Shown piece after piece: positions 14,819-22,641 of a DNA stretch of 24,000 nt (its first letter is position 1; the number at the start of each line of letters is the position of its first letter). A program made the position numbers and the translations under genes. The stretch lies in NCBI GenBank assembly GCA_038741355.1, contig JAVYLC010000008.1, positions 1-24,000 on the forward strand. The letters run 5' to 3'. The notes under the pieces were generated by a model that had not been told where the DNA came from, made no database searches, and saw only the letters and a program-made list of their open reading frames with translations. The DNA comes from Nitrososphaerota archaeon (GTDB lineage Archaea; Thermoproteota; Nitrososphaeria_A; Caldarchaeales; Calditenuaceae).

Positions 14819-15219
14819 TTGCATACGGCTGATCCGCGTACAAAGTTCCTCTATTTTGTGTGGATATCCGTTCTTGCCTATGTTTTCTACGACTACATTC
14901 TAACGCTCGTCTTCCTCGCTGCAAACATTCTGTTGGCTTTTGCCAGCAGAGTGGGGAAACAGGTCTGCCTTCCTCTGGCGGTTCCCATCCTGTCTCTCCC
15001 GTTGGGCTTTCCGTGGAACCAGACGGTTGCTTACAGGCTTAGCATCTTCGGGTTAGACCTTCCGGTTATCTTGAGGGGTTGGCGTGGGGTTTTACATGGT
15101 CGTTAAGGATAGGTGTGACGATATCGGCGGCCATGCTGTTCTATCTTACGACACAGCAGACGATGCTCAAATATATCTTCGGCGATTGTTTGCTGGTTAT
15201 TGACAGAGAAAATCTTTAG
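14819..15219 (+). pseudogene. frameshifted and 3'-truncated ECF-transporter T component (EcfT/CbiQ family) remnant
   Basis: The first frame gives ..LHTADPRTKFLYFVWISVLAYVFYDYILTLVFLAANILLAF.., containing the DPRTK motif typical of CbiQ/EcfT N-termini, and stops at 15106. A second frame, open from 15043, gives LEGLAWGFTWSLRIGVTISAAMLFYLTTQQTMLKYIF, which matches the EcfT pattern EGL..G....LR........LL.LTT. That frame stops at 15219. About 140 of the roughly 260 expected codons are present. No ATP-binding component gene lies nearby. Confidence 0.6.
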
Positions 15220-15317
15220 GGATTGACTCCTTTGCTGTCCAAGGTGGCAGCCCGTCCTGTCGTGGGGGAAAGTTTAAGGGTCAGTGATAGAGGATAGGTT
15301 AAGGTTTAGGGTATAGT

Positions 15318-16157
15318 ATGCGTTGCAGCAAATGCGGCGCTGAGGAGGTACTGCCTTTCAAGTGTGCCTACTGTGGAGACTATTTCTGCTCTAAGCACAG
15401 GCTGCCCGAGGTCCATGAGTGCCGCTCTTTGTACCTTGCGCGTAACTTGATTGAAGTTGAGAAGAGGGAGGCTAGGCCTCAAGGCGGCTCCCCGCGGTCA
15501 GCTACTATGCTTGCGGTGAAGACTGAGATGCTCTTTTCCAAGCTCACAGCCATGGAGAAAGGCTCCGAGGTTCTACACTTACTTGCAGGCTCCTGCATTG
15601 TAGCCGGTGTGGCTTTCTCGATGATCTATCCTCTAGCCATGTTGCTGGGGATTCCTCTCTCGGCTGGTGTGGTTGCGGCTGTGGTGGCCTCTTTCATCGC
15701 CCACGAGCTGGCTCATAAGGTCGAGGCGGTGAGGCAGGGGCACTGGGCAAGGTTTAGGCTGAACCTATTCGGCTCAATTATAAGCCTTATATCGATACTC
15801 CTCCCCTTCAAATTCATAGCGCCTGGTGCAGTAGTGATCTTCGGTTACGCCACTCAACGTGGCGTGGCCAAAATCGCTGCCGCAGGCCCAATCGTTAATC
15901 TGGTTATTGCGGCCGTCCTACTCCCCCTTATCTACATAACACACACGCTCGTAGGATTGTTCGACATCAGCCTATCCACCGCGCTGCTCCTGATCGGGCA
16001 TCTGAATGTACTGATGGGTCTGATAAACCTCATCCCATTAGGTCCTCTTGACGGCTTGAAGATAATTACAACCTCTTTCAGGGCTTGGGCTTCTTATATT
16101 GTTGTGGCGATCATTCTCTATATCGTTTATCAGCTACGGCTGCCTCTCGGGATGTGA
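15318..16157 (+). CDS. AN1-type zinc finger fused to M50 (site-2 protease) family membrane metalloprotease
   Basis: Residues 3-35 fit the AN1 spacing exactly: C-x2-C-x9-C-x2-C-x4-C-x2-H-x5-H-x-C. The membrane part carries HELAH (HExxH) and NLIPLGPLDG (the NxxPxxxLDG S2P motif). Confidence 0.85.
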   Translation: MRCSKCGAEEVLPFKCAYCGDYFCSKHRLPEVHECRSLYLARNLIEVEKREARPQGGSPRSATMLAVKTEMLFSKLTAMEKGSEVLHLLAGSCIVAGVAFSMIYPLAMLLGIPLSAGVVAAVVASFIAHELAHKVEAVRQGHWARFRLNLFGSIISLISILLPFKFIAPGAVVIFGYATQRGVAKIAAAGPIVNLVIAAVLLPLIYITHTLVGLFDISLSTALLLIGHLNVLMGLINLIPLGPLDGLKIITTSFRAWASYIVVAIILYIVYQLRLPLGM

Positions 16158-16166
16158 GGGGTGCCG

Positions 16167-17243
16167 CTAGGACTCCTTTGCCCTTTCTGCGATACGCTGG
16201 TCTCTCCACTCTTTTAGTGGTCCCGTTAGAATATAGCTGGTCTTCTTGAACTCCGCTATGCTAGAGGCGCCGCAGAGCGCTATGGCGGTCTTCAACTCTT
16301 CTTTCAGACGCTCAACCAAGTTCTCAACCTCTTTCACTCCCTGCATCGCTGCTTTCAGGAAAGGCATGGCCATCCCTCCCATATTTGCACCTAGGAGGAG
16401 GAGTTTAGCTATCTCGAGGCCGTTTCTTATCCCACCCGAGCCAACTATCTCTAGGCCTTTAACCTGCGCCACCTCTAGGACTGATGCTGCCGTGGGTATT
16501 CCCCAGTCCTGAAATACCTCAGCCAAGTGGGCTCTGTCCAGCCTCCCCGCCTCCACTGCCCTCATCCTCTCTATCTCCACCCAGCTGGTCCCACCTCTAC
16601 CCGCCACATCGACTGCCGAGACCCCAAGTTCTCGTAGAATAACGGCATCCTCGAAGGAGATCCCACAACCCACCTCCTTAATTATAATTGGTACTCCGAT
16701 CTCTTCGCAGAGGCGGCGAGTCTGGGCTAGAAACCCCTTAAATCTTCTGTCGCCCTCAGGCTGTATGATCTCTTGGAGGGTGTTCACATGGATAGCTATG
16801 GCGTTTGCGTCAATCATCTTCACCGCCTCCCACGCAAGTTGTACCCCATGTTGTGCTAGCTGCGCCGCTCCTATATTCGCTATTAGGAAAGCATCCGGGC
16901 CCGCCTCCCGAGCAGCCCTGAATGTATAGCGGAGCTCCGGCCTGAAGATTCCAGCCCTCTGGCTCCCAACACCCATCGGGACCCCAGTTCTTTCGGCGGC
17001 TTCAGCAAGCGTCGCATTTATTTTAGCAGCCTCATCAGTACCACCTGTCATCCCCTCAATCAGTATAGGCGCTGAAAAACGCCTTCCAAGGAAAGTGGCA
17101 GTAGTGTCAACTTCATCGATATTAATGTCTGGTACAGCTTTAGGGACTATGTGCACATATTCGAGCCAGTTACTGCCCCTCTGTACTGACGTGTTTTCAA
17201 GCACTATTCTTATGTGGTCTCTTTTTCTGTCCATAACCCCCAT
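16167..17243 (-). CDS. fni: isopentenyl-diphosphate delta-isomerase, type 2 (FMN-dependent)
   Basis: 358 aa TIM-barrel-type sequence with the family motifs PILIEGMTGG, GVGSQR, AIHVN.LQE, IIKEVG.G, VDVAGRGGTSW and GSGGIRNGLE. Confidence 0.93.
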   Translation of the reverse strand: MGVMDRKRDHIRIVLENTSVQRGSNWLEYVHIVPKAVPDINIDEVDTTATFLGRRFSAPILIEGMTGGTDEAAKINATLAEAAERTGVPMGVGSQRAGIFRPELRYTFRAAREAGPDAFLIANIGAAQLAQHGVQLAWEAVKMIDANAIAIHVNTLQEIIQPEGDRRFKGFLAQTRRLCEEIGVPIIIKEVGCGISFEDAVILRELGVSAVDVAGRGGTSWVEIERMRAVEAGRLDRAHLAEVFQDWGIPTAASVLEVAQVKGLEIVGSGGIRNGLEIAKLLLLGANMGGMAMPFLKAAMQGVKEVENLVERLKEELKTAIALCGASSIAEFKKTSYILTGPLKEWRDQRIAERAKES

Positions 17244-17288
17244 TATGGTGTCTGGAGCCTCCTTAACGGATTGGCCCGTGGCTAAATA

Positions 17289-17534
17289 TTAAGCGTTAAC
17301 CTCTTCTGTAGCCTTCGCAGCCTCCTCCTGCGCCTCTCTTTCCTTGAGTGTCCTCTTCACCAGTGTAGTAAGATAGCCCGCTACCTTGTTTACCAGTCTC
17401 TGGGAGACAGTCCCTTCCAGCACCTCCTCAACTAGGACCTTGTTGTGTTGGAAATCAGGCTTAACTCTATCGGGATAGTTCTCAAGTATCTCGGCGGCGA
17501 GAACCTTGACCTTCCTAGTACGTATCTTCCCCAA
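17289..17534 (-). CDS. rps17e: 30S/small-subunit ribosomal protein S17e
   Basis: MGKIRTRKVKVLAAEILENYPDRVKPDFQHNKVLVEEV is the characteristic S17e N-terminus. The protein has an A/E-rich C-terminal tail. A TATA-like CTTAATAAC lies about 30 nt upstream. Confidence 0.92.
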   Translation of the reverse strand: MGKIRTRKVKVLAAEILENYPDRVKPDFQHNKVLVEEVLEGTVSQRLVNKVAGYLTTLVKRTLKEREAQEEAAKATEEVNA

Positions 17535-17596
17535 TCCCTAATCCGAGCCGGAGGTGGCATGTTATTAAGTTGACTTCTCAGGAAGGGCCTTAGTTC

Positions 17597-18688
17597 TCAT
17601 GGACGGTCTGAGCGTCGTTTTGTGCCTGTTTTAAGCGCATCCAGTTCTCTGGGCTTAAGTGTCTGTGTCCGCGCCTCAGGTATTATCCCGCTTGGCCTGA
17701 AGAACATAACTATGAGGAGTGTCGTGCTGAGTAGAAGCGGGGTTAGCCAGACCACGTCGAATGGGAGATAGAGCTGTAGCTCCCTCTTGAAGACATCTAT
17801 CAGGCGTGAAGAAAGCATAAACACCATGACGCCCAGTGCCGTTCCCCAGTTATTCGCGGCGCCGCCGACCAGCACCATCACCCACGGTATGAAGGTGTGG
17901 TTAGCCCTGCTGTAATTCGTAGCATTCACGGCACCCGTAGTAAGGGCTAGCATGGCGCCGGCCAGCCCTGCTAGGGCACCTGCGAGAATTATTGTTTTCC
18001 TCTTAACACTGACAACGTCGCGTCCGAGTGCCTGGGCCAGCACTTCGTCATCCCTTATCGACTTGAGGAGTCTACCATATGGAGACTTCGTCAACAGCTC
18101 TACAAATATGAAAACCATCACAGCAAGGCCCACCAGCAACACTGTTAGCACATAGCTCCTGGTTGGGACGGGTATCCATCCAAAGAAGCTGGGGACAAAG
18201 ACGCCTAAAGTCCCGCCTATTAGATTCTTATAATTGTCGCCGATTAGTATGAGAATCTCGCCCATCGCCAAGAGTGTCATTGCCAGATACTCTTCCCTTA
18301 GCCGCACTGAGGGGATGCTAGATATGAGTCCGAGACCCGCTCCGGCTAGCATGGAAGCAACAAGTGTGAAGACTAGTAGTCCAATTGAGAGGATAGGGTC
18401 CCTTGCAAGGGCGTCGTTTATCCTCGGCATAATTTGTGCGTGGTTGTCGAAATAGTCCAGCCCCTCCCCCAAGTTATAGAGCGCGGCTATAAGCTGTCCA
18501 GGGAGCGCCCCGACCAGAAAGGCTCCACCGGAGACACAAAGAACTTTACCGAAGTTTGGTATGCCTCCAAAACCATACTCGAGGTTGAGGCTGAGAGATA
18601 TTACCAGATAGGCAGCTATCCATGGTGCGAGGTCCAGTACGAACCTGACTATTTGGTCTGTGGGGGTCATCTTACGGCACGCACCCAT
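17597..18688 (-). CDS. livM: branched-chain amino acid ABC transporter permease (LivM type)
   Basis: Polytopic protein with the LivM-type N-terminal pattern SLNLEYGFGGIPNFGKVLCVSGGAFLVGAL. An internal ATG at 18670 forms an ATGA overlap with the livH stop and may be the true start. Confidence 0.9.
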   Translation of the reverse strand: MGACRKMTPTDQIVRFVLDLAPWIAAYLVISLSLNLEYGFGGIPNFGKVLCVSGGAFLVGALPGQLIAALYNLGEGLDYFDNHAQIMPRINDALARDPILSIGLLVFTLVASMLAGAGLGLISSIPSVRLREEYLAMTLLAMGEILILIGDNYKNLIGGTLGVFVPSFFGWIPVPTRSYVLTVLLVGLAVMVFIFVELLTKSPYGRLLKSIRDDEVLAQALGRDVVSVKRKTIILAGALAGLAGAMLALTTGAVNATNYSRANHTFIPWVMVLVGGAANNWGTALGVMVFMLSSRLIDVFKRELQLYLPFDVVWLTPLLLSTTLLIVMFFRPSGIIPEARTQTLKPRELDALKTGTKRRSDRP

Positions 18689-19647
18689 CTAGCGGTTATG
18701 GACGTTATTCCCTCGGGTATTGTTAGCAGGACTATCGACATTATCAGGAGCGGTATGATCGGCCGATACTGGATTATTTCTGTGAAGCCTAGCGCCGCTA
18801 TCATCTGTGGTATGAGGGAGTTGGCTGCCCCCACCAGTACCCCGCCAGCGAGAGACCCGAATATGCTTGACAGTCCGCCGAGAATGCTTGATGCGAAGAT
18901 CGTGGGCAGGAACTCGTCGCCAGCCGTGGTTGTGACCGGTAGCCACATCGCATACATTTGGCCGGCAAACCCACCCAGCAAGCCCGCGATAAACCATGCC
19001 AGCATATACATCCTCTCAATATTGATGCCTAACACTTGGGCTAGGTCTGGATTCTCGATTGACGCCCTCAGAGCCACCCCGGTCCGCGTATTGTTGAGGA
19101 AGACGTAGAGGAGGATTGTCGATAGGATGACAGAGGCGAGTGACAGCAGCATAACTAGGGGGACAGACGCTATCTCGGGGTCGAAAGACCTGAGCGCAAT
19201 GTAGCTGGTCCTAACCTTGTAGGTCTTGCCGAAGTAGTCGGCTAAGATACTCATTACCCCAAAGATGAAGAAAGCCACGGTTAATGTCGCAATCATCTGG
19301 TATGTTAGTGAAGCCCCCCTCCTCCTTAGAGGGTTTAGGACAATCTTGTATTGCGCCACTGAGACCAGGCCGCCGAGGAGTGCGGAGGCCCAGAGAACCT
19401 CGTAAGGGCTCCTCTGCAGGATTTGGGCCCAGTAAACAGCCACGTAGGCCCCAACCGTGAGAAATGATCCGTGGGCGAAGTTAGGGACACGGGTGGTAAG
19501 ATAGGTTAGGGTCAAGCCGACACTCGACATGGCTGCTATTCCTGAGAATACTAGCGTGTTTACTATTGCTGGATCGATCAAGGAGCTAATCTGATAGATA
19601 ATCGAGGGTCTCAATTTAAAGTTTATATACTGTAAGCCCGCTCTCAT
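18667..19647 (-). CDS. livH: branched-chain amino acid ABC transporter permease (LivH type)
   Basis: Polytopic 326-aa protein with the LivH-type pattern (VNTLVFSGIAAMSSVGLTLTY...NFAHGSF). The first 22 codons of the track ORF overlap AT-rich TATA-like sequence, so an in-frame TTG at 19581 is an alternative start. Confidence 0.9.
   Translation of the reverse strand: MRAGLQYINFKLRPSIIYQISSLIDPAIVNTLVFSGIAAMSSVGLTLTYLTTRVPNFAHGSFLTVGAYVAVYWAQILQRSPYEVLWASALLGGLVSVAQYKIVLNPLRRRGASLTYQMIATLTVAFFIFGVMSILADYFGKTYKVRTSYIALRSFDPEIASVPLVMLLSLASVILSTILLYVFLNNTRTGVALRASIENPDLAQVLGINIERMYMLAWFIAGLLGGFAGQMYAMWLPVTTTAGDEFLPTIFASSILGGLSSIFGSLAGGVLVGAANSLIPQMIAALGFTEIIQYRPIIPLLIMSIVLLTIPEGITSITARWVRAVR
19613..19630. 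promoter_or_regulatory. AT-rich TATA-like element (AATTTAAAGTTTATATAC), candidate bidirectional promoter core of the divergent liv genes
   Basis: TTTATATA at 19622-19629 is centred about 30 nt upstream of the livK ATG at 19656. Read on the minus strand, TATATAAACTTTAAATT lies 32-48 nt upstream of the alternative livH TTG at 19581. Confidence 0.4.
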
Positions 19648-19655
19648 TACTTACA

Positions 19656-21128
19656 ATGAACAAGTCCAGTCTACGCGCAATTTCAACTACCGCGGCTATC
19701 GGGTTGCTGGTGGTCGGGTTGGTGGTGGGGGGTGTGATAGGTATCTTCTTGGGGCCCTCCTTTAGCCCTCCCGCCACGCTGACAACCACGGTTGTTCAGC
19801 AGCGGACTGTTGTTCAGGAGAGAACACTAACGATAACGCCTACTGTTGGTCAGCCGGCTCAGGCAGCCGGACCATTGCCGCCTGTCCTGCAGCAATCGGT
19901 AGTAAAGCTCGGAGATGGGCTTCCACACATACCAGCCTCTCTCGTTGATAAAGCGGTGACGTTGAGTGGCGAGATACGGATCGGTGCGCTGCTCAGCCTC
20001 TCAGGCGCCTTGAGAACATTTGGTGAGAACGAACGAGTGGCCTTAGAACTGGCTAGAGATGACATAAACAACTGGCTCTCGAAGCGTGGCATTAATCTTA
20101 AGGTTGTTTTAGAGATTGAGGACACGGCCACACAACCAGAGCAGGCGCTTGCAAAGCTGCAGGCGCTCGCTGCCCGCGGGGTGAAGATGGTTGCAGGCCC
20201 CCTGAGCAGCCGTGAGGTTAGAAACCTGAAGACATATGCTGATGAGAATAATATACTCGTCGTCAGCCAATCCTCAACAGCCGTAGACTTGGCCGTACCC
20301 GGTGACAACATATTCAGGCTCATACCCGACGATAGGAAGCAAGGTCCGGCACTGGGCCGTCTGATGTGGGACGCGGGGATCCGATACTATGTGCCCATGT
20401 GGAGGGGAGACACATACGGTGATGGGCTCAAGGCAGCCACCGAGAACGTTTTCAAGAGGCTAGGCGGCAAAGTAGACGCTGGGATAAGGTACAACCCAGA
20501 TGCTAAGGAGTTTGCCACGGAGATCGCGACGCTTGAGAGTAAGGTGAAGGATGCGATATCCAGGTACGGGCAAGGAGCTGTAGCTGTTCACCTAATCTCC
20601 TTTGAGGAGGCTGTATTAATCCTACAGGAGGCCGCGAAGCGTGACGTCTTGCGGTCCGTGAGGTGGTTTGGTAGTGATGGTACCGCGGGCTCGGGCGAGT
20701 TACAAAGTGACGCGACATCCGCCCAATTCAACGTAGACACAAAATTCCTCCACACAATCTATGCAGCAACCACCAGCGACATATTCGAACGGGTCAAGGA
20801 CAGAGTTAAGCAGGTGCTAGGAAGAGAGCCGGAAACCTACACCTACACAATGTATGACATCCTCTGGCTTATCGTCCTCTCAATACTTACTGTAGACAAA
20901 TACGACGTGACGGCGGTTAAGAGTGTGCTTCCAAGCGTGAGCAGCCAGTATTTTGGGGCGTCGGGTTGGACGATCCTGAACGAGAACGGTGATAGGCTTG
21001 GCGGAGACTACGACGTCTGGGCGATTGAAAAAGTCGGCGATAAATACGAGTGGAAGGTCGTCGGCACATACATTGCATCCACAGACAGTGTAGCTTGGGC
21101 GCCCGGATACGAAGGGAAATACACTTAA
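19656..21128 (+). CDS. livK: branched-chain amino acid ABC transporter substrate-binding protein, membrane anchored
   Basis: An N-terminal TM anchor (AAIGLLVVGLVVGGVIGIFLG) is followed by a T/V/Q/P-rich linker. The remainder is a type-I periplasmic-binding-protein fold pattern (IRIGALLSLSGAL..FGE., GVKMVAGPLSS.EV, FRLIPDD), as in LivJ/LivK. Confidence 0.85.
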   Translation: MNKSSLRAISTTAAIGLLVVGLVVGGVIGIFLGPSFSPPATLTTTVVQQRTVVQERTLTITPTVGQPAQAAGPLPPVLQQSVVKLGDGLPHIPASLVDKAVTLSGEIRIGALLSLSGALRTFGENERVALELARDDINNWLSKRGINLKVVLEIEDTATQPEQALAKLQALAARGVKMVAGPLSSREVRNLKTYADENNILVVSQSSTAVDLAVPGDNIFRLIPDDRKQGPALGRLMWDAGIRYYVPMWRGDTYGDGLKAATENVFKRLGGKVDAGIRYNPDAKEFATEIATLESKVKDAISRYGQGAVAVHLISFEEAVLILQEAAKRDVLRSVRWFGSDGTAGSGELQSDATSAQFNVDTKFLHTIYAATTSDIFERVKDRVKQVLGREPETYTYTMYDILWLIVLSILTVDKYDVTAVKSVLPSVSSQYFGASGWTILNENGDRLGGDYDVWAIEKVGDKYEWKVVGTYIASTDSVAWAPGYEGKYT

Positions 21129-21160
21129 ATTTGGATTATTTTTTATGATTTTTAAAGGAA

Positions 21161-21931
21161 TTGGACGACGGCCTAGTGAAATGTCTAGGACTGGAGAAGA
21201 GGTTTGGAGGAGTATGTGCGGTCGCCGGTGTAAACCTCTCCCTTAGGAGAGGGGTTTTCTCGCTCCTAATAGGGCCTAATGGCAGCGGGAAAAGTACCCT
21301 GATTAACCTGATCGCGGGTCACTACTACCCTGACAGCGGCAGGATACTGATGGATGGCAGGGACATTACGCATCTTAAACCACATGAGAGGTTCGGGATA
21401 GGGCTGGTCAGAACTTTTCAGACTGCCAGACATTTTCCCAGCCTAACAGTCCTTGATAACATCTTAATGGCTGCGGGGGCTACGGAGGGTGAGAAAATTC
21501 GAGTCGCACCGATTAGACGTAGATGGGTGCGCAGGGAGAAGGAGCTCGTGGAAAACGCCCTCCAGATTCTGGAGCTGGTGGGGTTGGAGAAGCTTAGAGA
21601 CCAGCCTGCCGGGAAGTTGAGTGGCGGCCAGATGAAGCTTCTCGAGCTCGGCCGCGTACTGATGAGTGGGGCTAGGGTTATCCTGATGGATGAGCCCACG
21701 GCTGGACTCAACCCAGTGATAGCCGAGTCCGTCCTATCACATATAAGGAGGCTTGTCTCGGAGCTCGGTTTCGCACTCCTACTCGTGGAGCACAGGCTTG
21801 ACCTGGCCATGAAGTATGCCGACAGGGTCTTGGCGATGTTTAATGGTCGCTTGATTGCAGAGGGTTCGCCGGAGGAGGTGCTCACAATCCCGGACGTTGT
21901 CGAGAGCTATCTCGGTGAGAGGCTGTCATGA
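21161..21931 (+). CDS. livG: branched-chain amino acid ABC transporter ATP-binding protein (LivG type)
   Basis: Walker A GPNGSGKST, ABC signature LSGGQMKLLELGR, Walker B VILMDEPTAGL, and the LivG-type N-terminus GLEKRFGGV.A. TTG start at 21161, with an alternative GTG at 21176. Confidence 0.92.
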   Translation: MDDGLVKCLGLEKRFGGVCAVAGVNLSLRRGVFSLLIGPNGSGKSTLINLIAGHYYPDSGRILMDGRDITHLKPHERFGIGLVRTFQTARHFPSLTVLDNILMAAGATEGEKIRVAPIRRRWVRREKELVENALQILELVGLEKLRDQPAGKLSGGQMKLLELGRVLMSGARVILMDEPTAGLNPVIAESVLSHIRRLVSELGFALLLVEHRLDLAMKYADRVLAMFNGRLIAEGSPEEVLTIPDVVESYLGERLS

Positions 21932-22641
21932 TAGCGATAGATAGCGTGGACGCGGGCTACGGGCGGCTTCAGATACTGTTTAACGTCTCGATGAGCGCGC
22001 GGCGGGGCGAGATAACCGCCGTCCTTGGGCCTAATGGTAGTGGCAAGAGTACGCTGCTTAAGACAATTTTCGGACAGACCAGCGTCTATAACGGTTCCAT
22101 AAAGCTCGACGGTGTTGAGCTGTCTGGCCGCCCCCCTCATGAGATTGCGCGGCTAGGCGTAGCGTACCTCCCCCAGATCAACAACCTGTTCACAGGCCTT
22201 ACTGTCCGTGAGAATCTGCTGATGAGTGGGTACATGTTGTCAGAGGAGGAGAGGAGGAAGCGGGTCGAGGAGGTCTTCCAGCTCTTCCCCTTCCTTAAAA
22301 GCATGCTCCATAGAAAAGCTGAAAGTCTGAGCGGCGGGGAGCGGCAGATGCTCTCCATCAGTATGGCCTTGATGAGGCGGCCCAAAGTCATCATGCTGGA
22401 TGAGCCCACAGCCAGCCTCTCCCCAAAGATGGTGAATACTGTGCTCGACGTCGTGAAGAGGCTGAGAGATGGTCATGGATTCACAGTGCTGCTTGCTGAG
22501 CAGAGCGTGGTTAAGACGCTTAGGCTCTCAGACCACGCTGTCCTGCTGGTTGGTGGGCGAGTATTGTTCGAGGGCGACCCTTCCGAACTCCTAAATAACA
22601 AGGAGTTTGGCCGTATGTATCTTGGATTAGGTGGTGGGTGA
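21928..22641 (+). CDS. livF: branched-chain amino acid ABC transporter ATP-binding protein (LivF type)
   Basis: Walker A GPNGSGKST, signature LSGGERQMLSI and Walker B VIMLDEPTASL. The gene has a 4-nt ATGA overlap with livG. Confidence 0.92.
   Translation: MIAIDSVDAGYGRLQILFNVSMSARRGEITAVLGPNGSGKSTLLKTIFGQTSVYNGSIKLDGVELSGRPPHEIARLGVAYLPQINNLFTGLTVRENLLMSGYMLSEEERRKRVEEVFQLFPFLKSMLHRKAESLSGGERQMLSISMALMRRPKVIMLDEPTASLSPKMVNTVLDVVKRLRDGHGFTVLLAEQSVVKTLRLSDHAVLLVGGRVLFEGDPSELLNNKEFGRMYLGLGGG

Noticed and set aside
14752-14831. Candidate C/D-box sRNA (GTGATGA at 14752-14758, CTGA at 14762-14765 and 14828-14831)
   Set aside because: The first CTGA is only 3 nt after the C box and the second is about 70 nt away. 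There is no C' box and no terminal stem, so the spacing does not fit the archaeal C/D sRNA architecture.
13520-15317. Searched the gene-poor region for SRP RNA, RNase P RNA, tRNA-like or CRISPR repeat structure
   Set aside because: No regularly spaced direct repeats, no cloverleaf, and none of the conserved SRP helix-8 or RNase P core motifs were recognisable by eye. An Infernal scan would be needed to exclude these properly.
18434-19108. 224-aa plus-strand ORF and other ORFs (17952..18155, 18234..18455, 18689..18997, 18801..19019) across livM/livH
   Set aside because: They are antisense or alternative frames of two clearly recognisable permease genes, and their products are R/P/S-rich and not membrane-like.
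21418-22476. Minus-strand ORFs inside livG/livF (21418..21885, 21907..22140, 22137..22409, 22240..22476)
   Set aside because: They are antisense to ABC ATPase genes with complete Walker A, signature and Walker B motifs. They have the typical S/R/P-rich shadow-frame composition.
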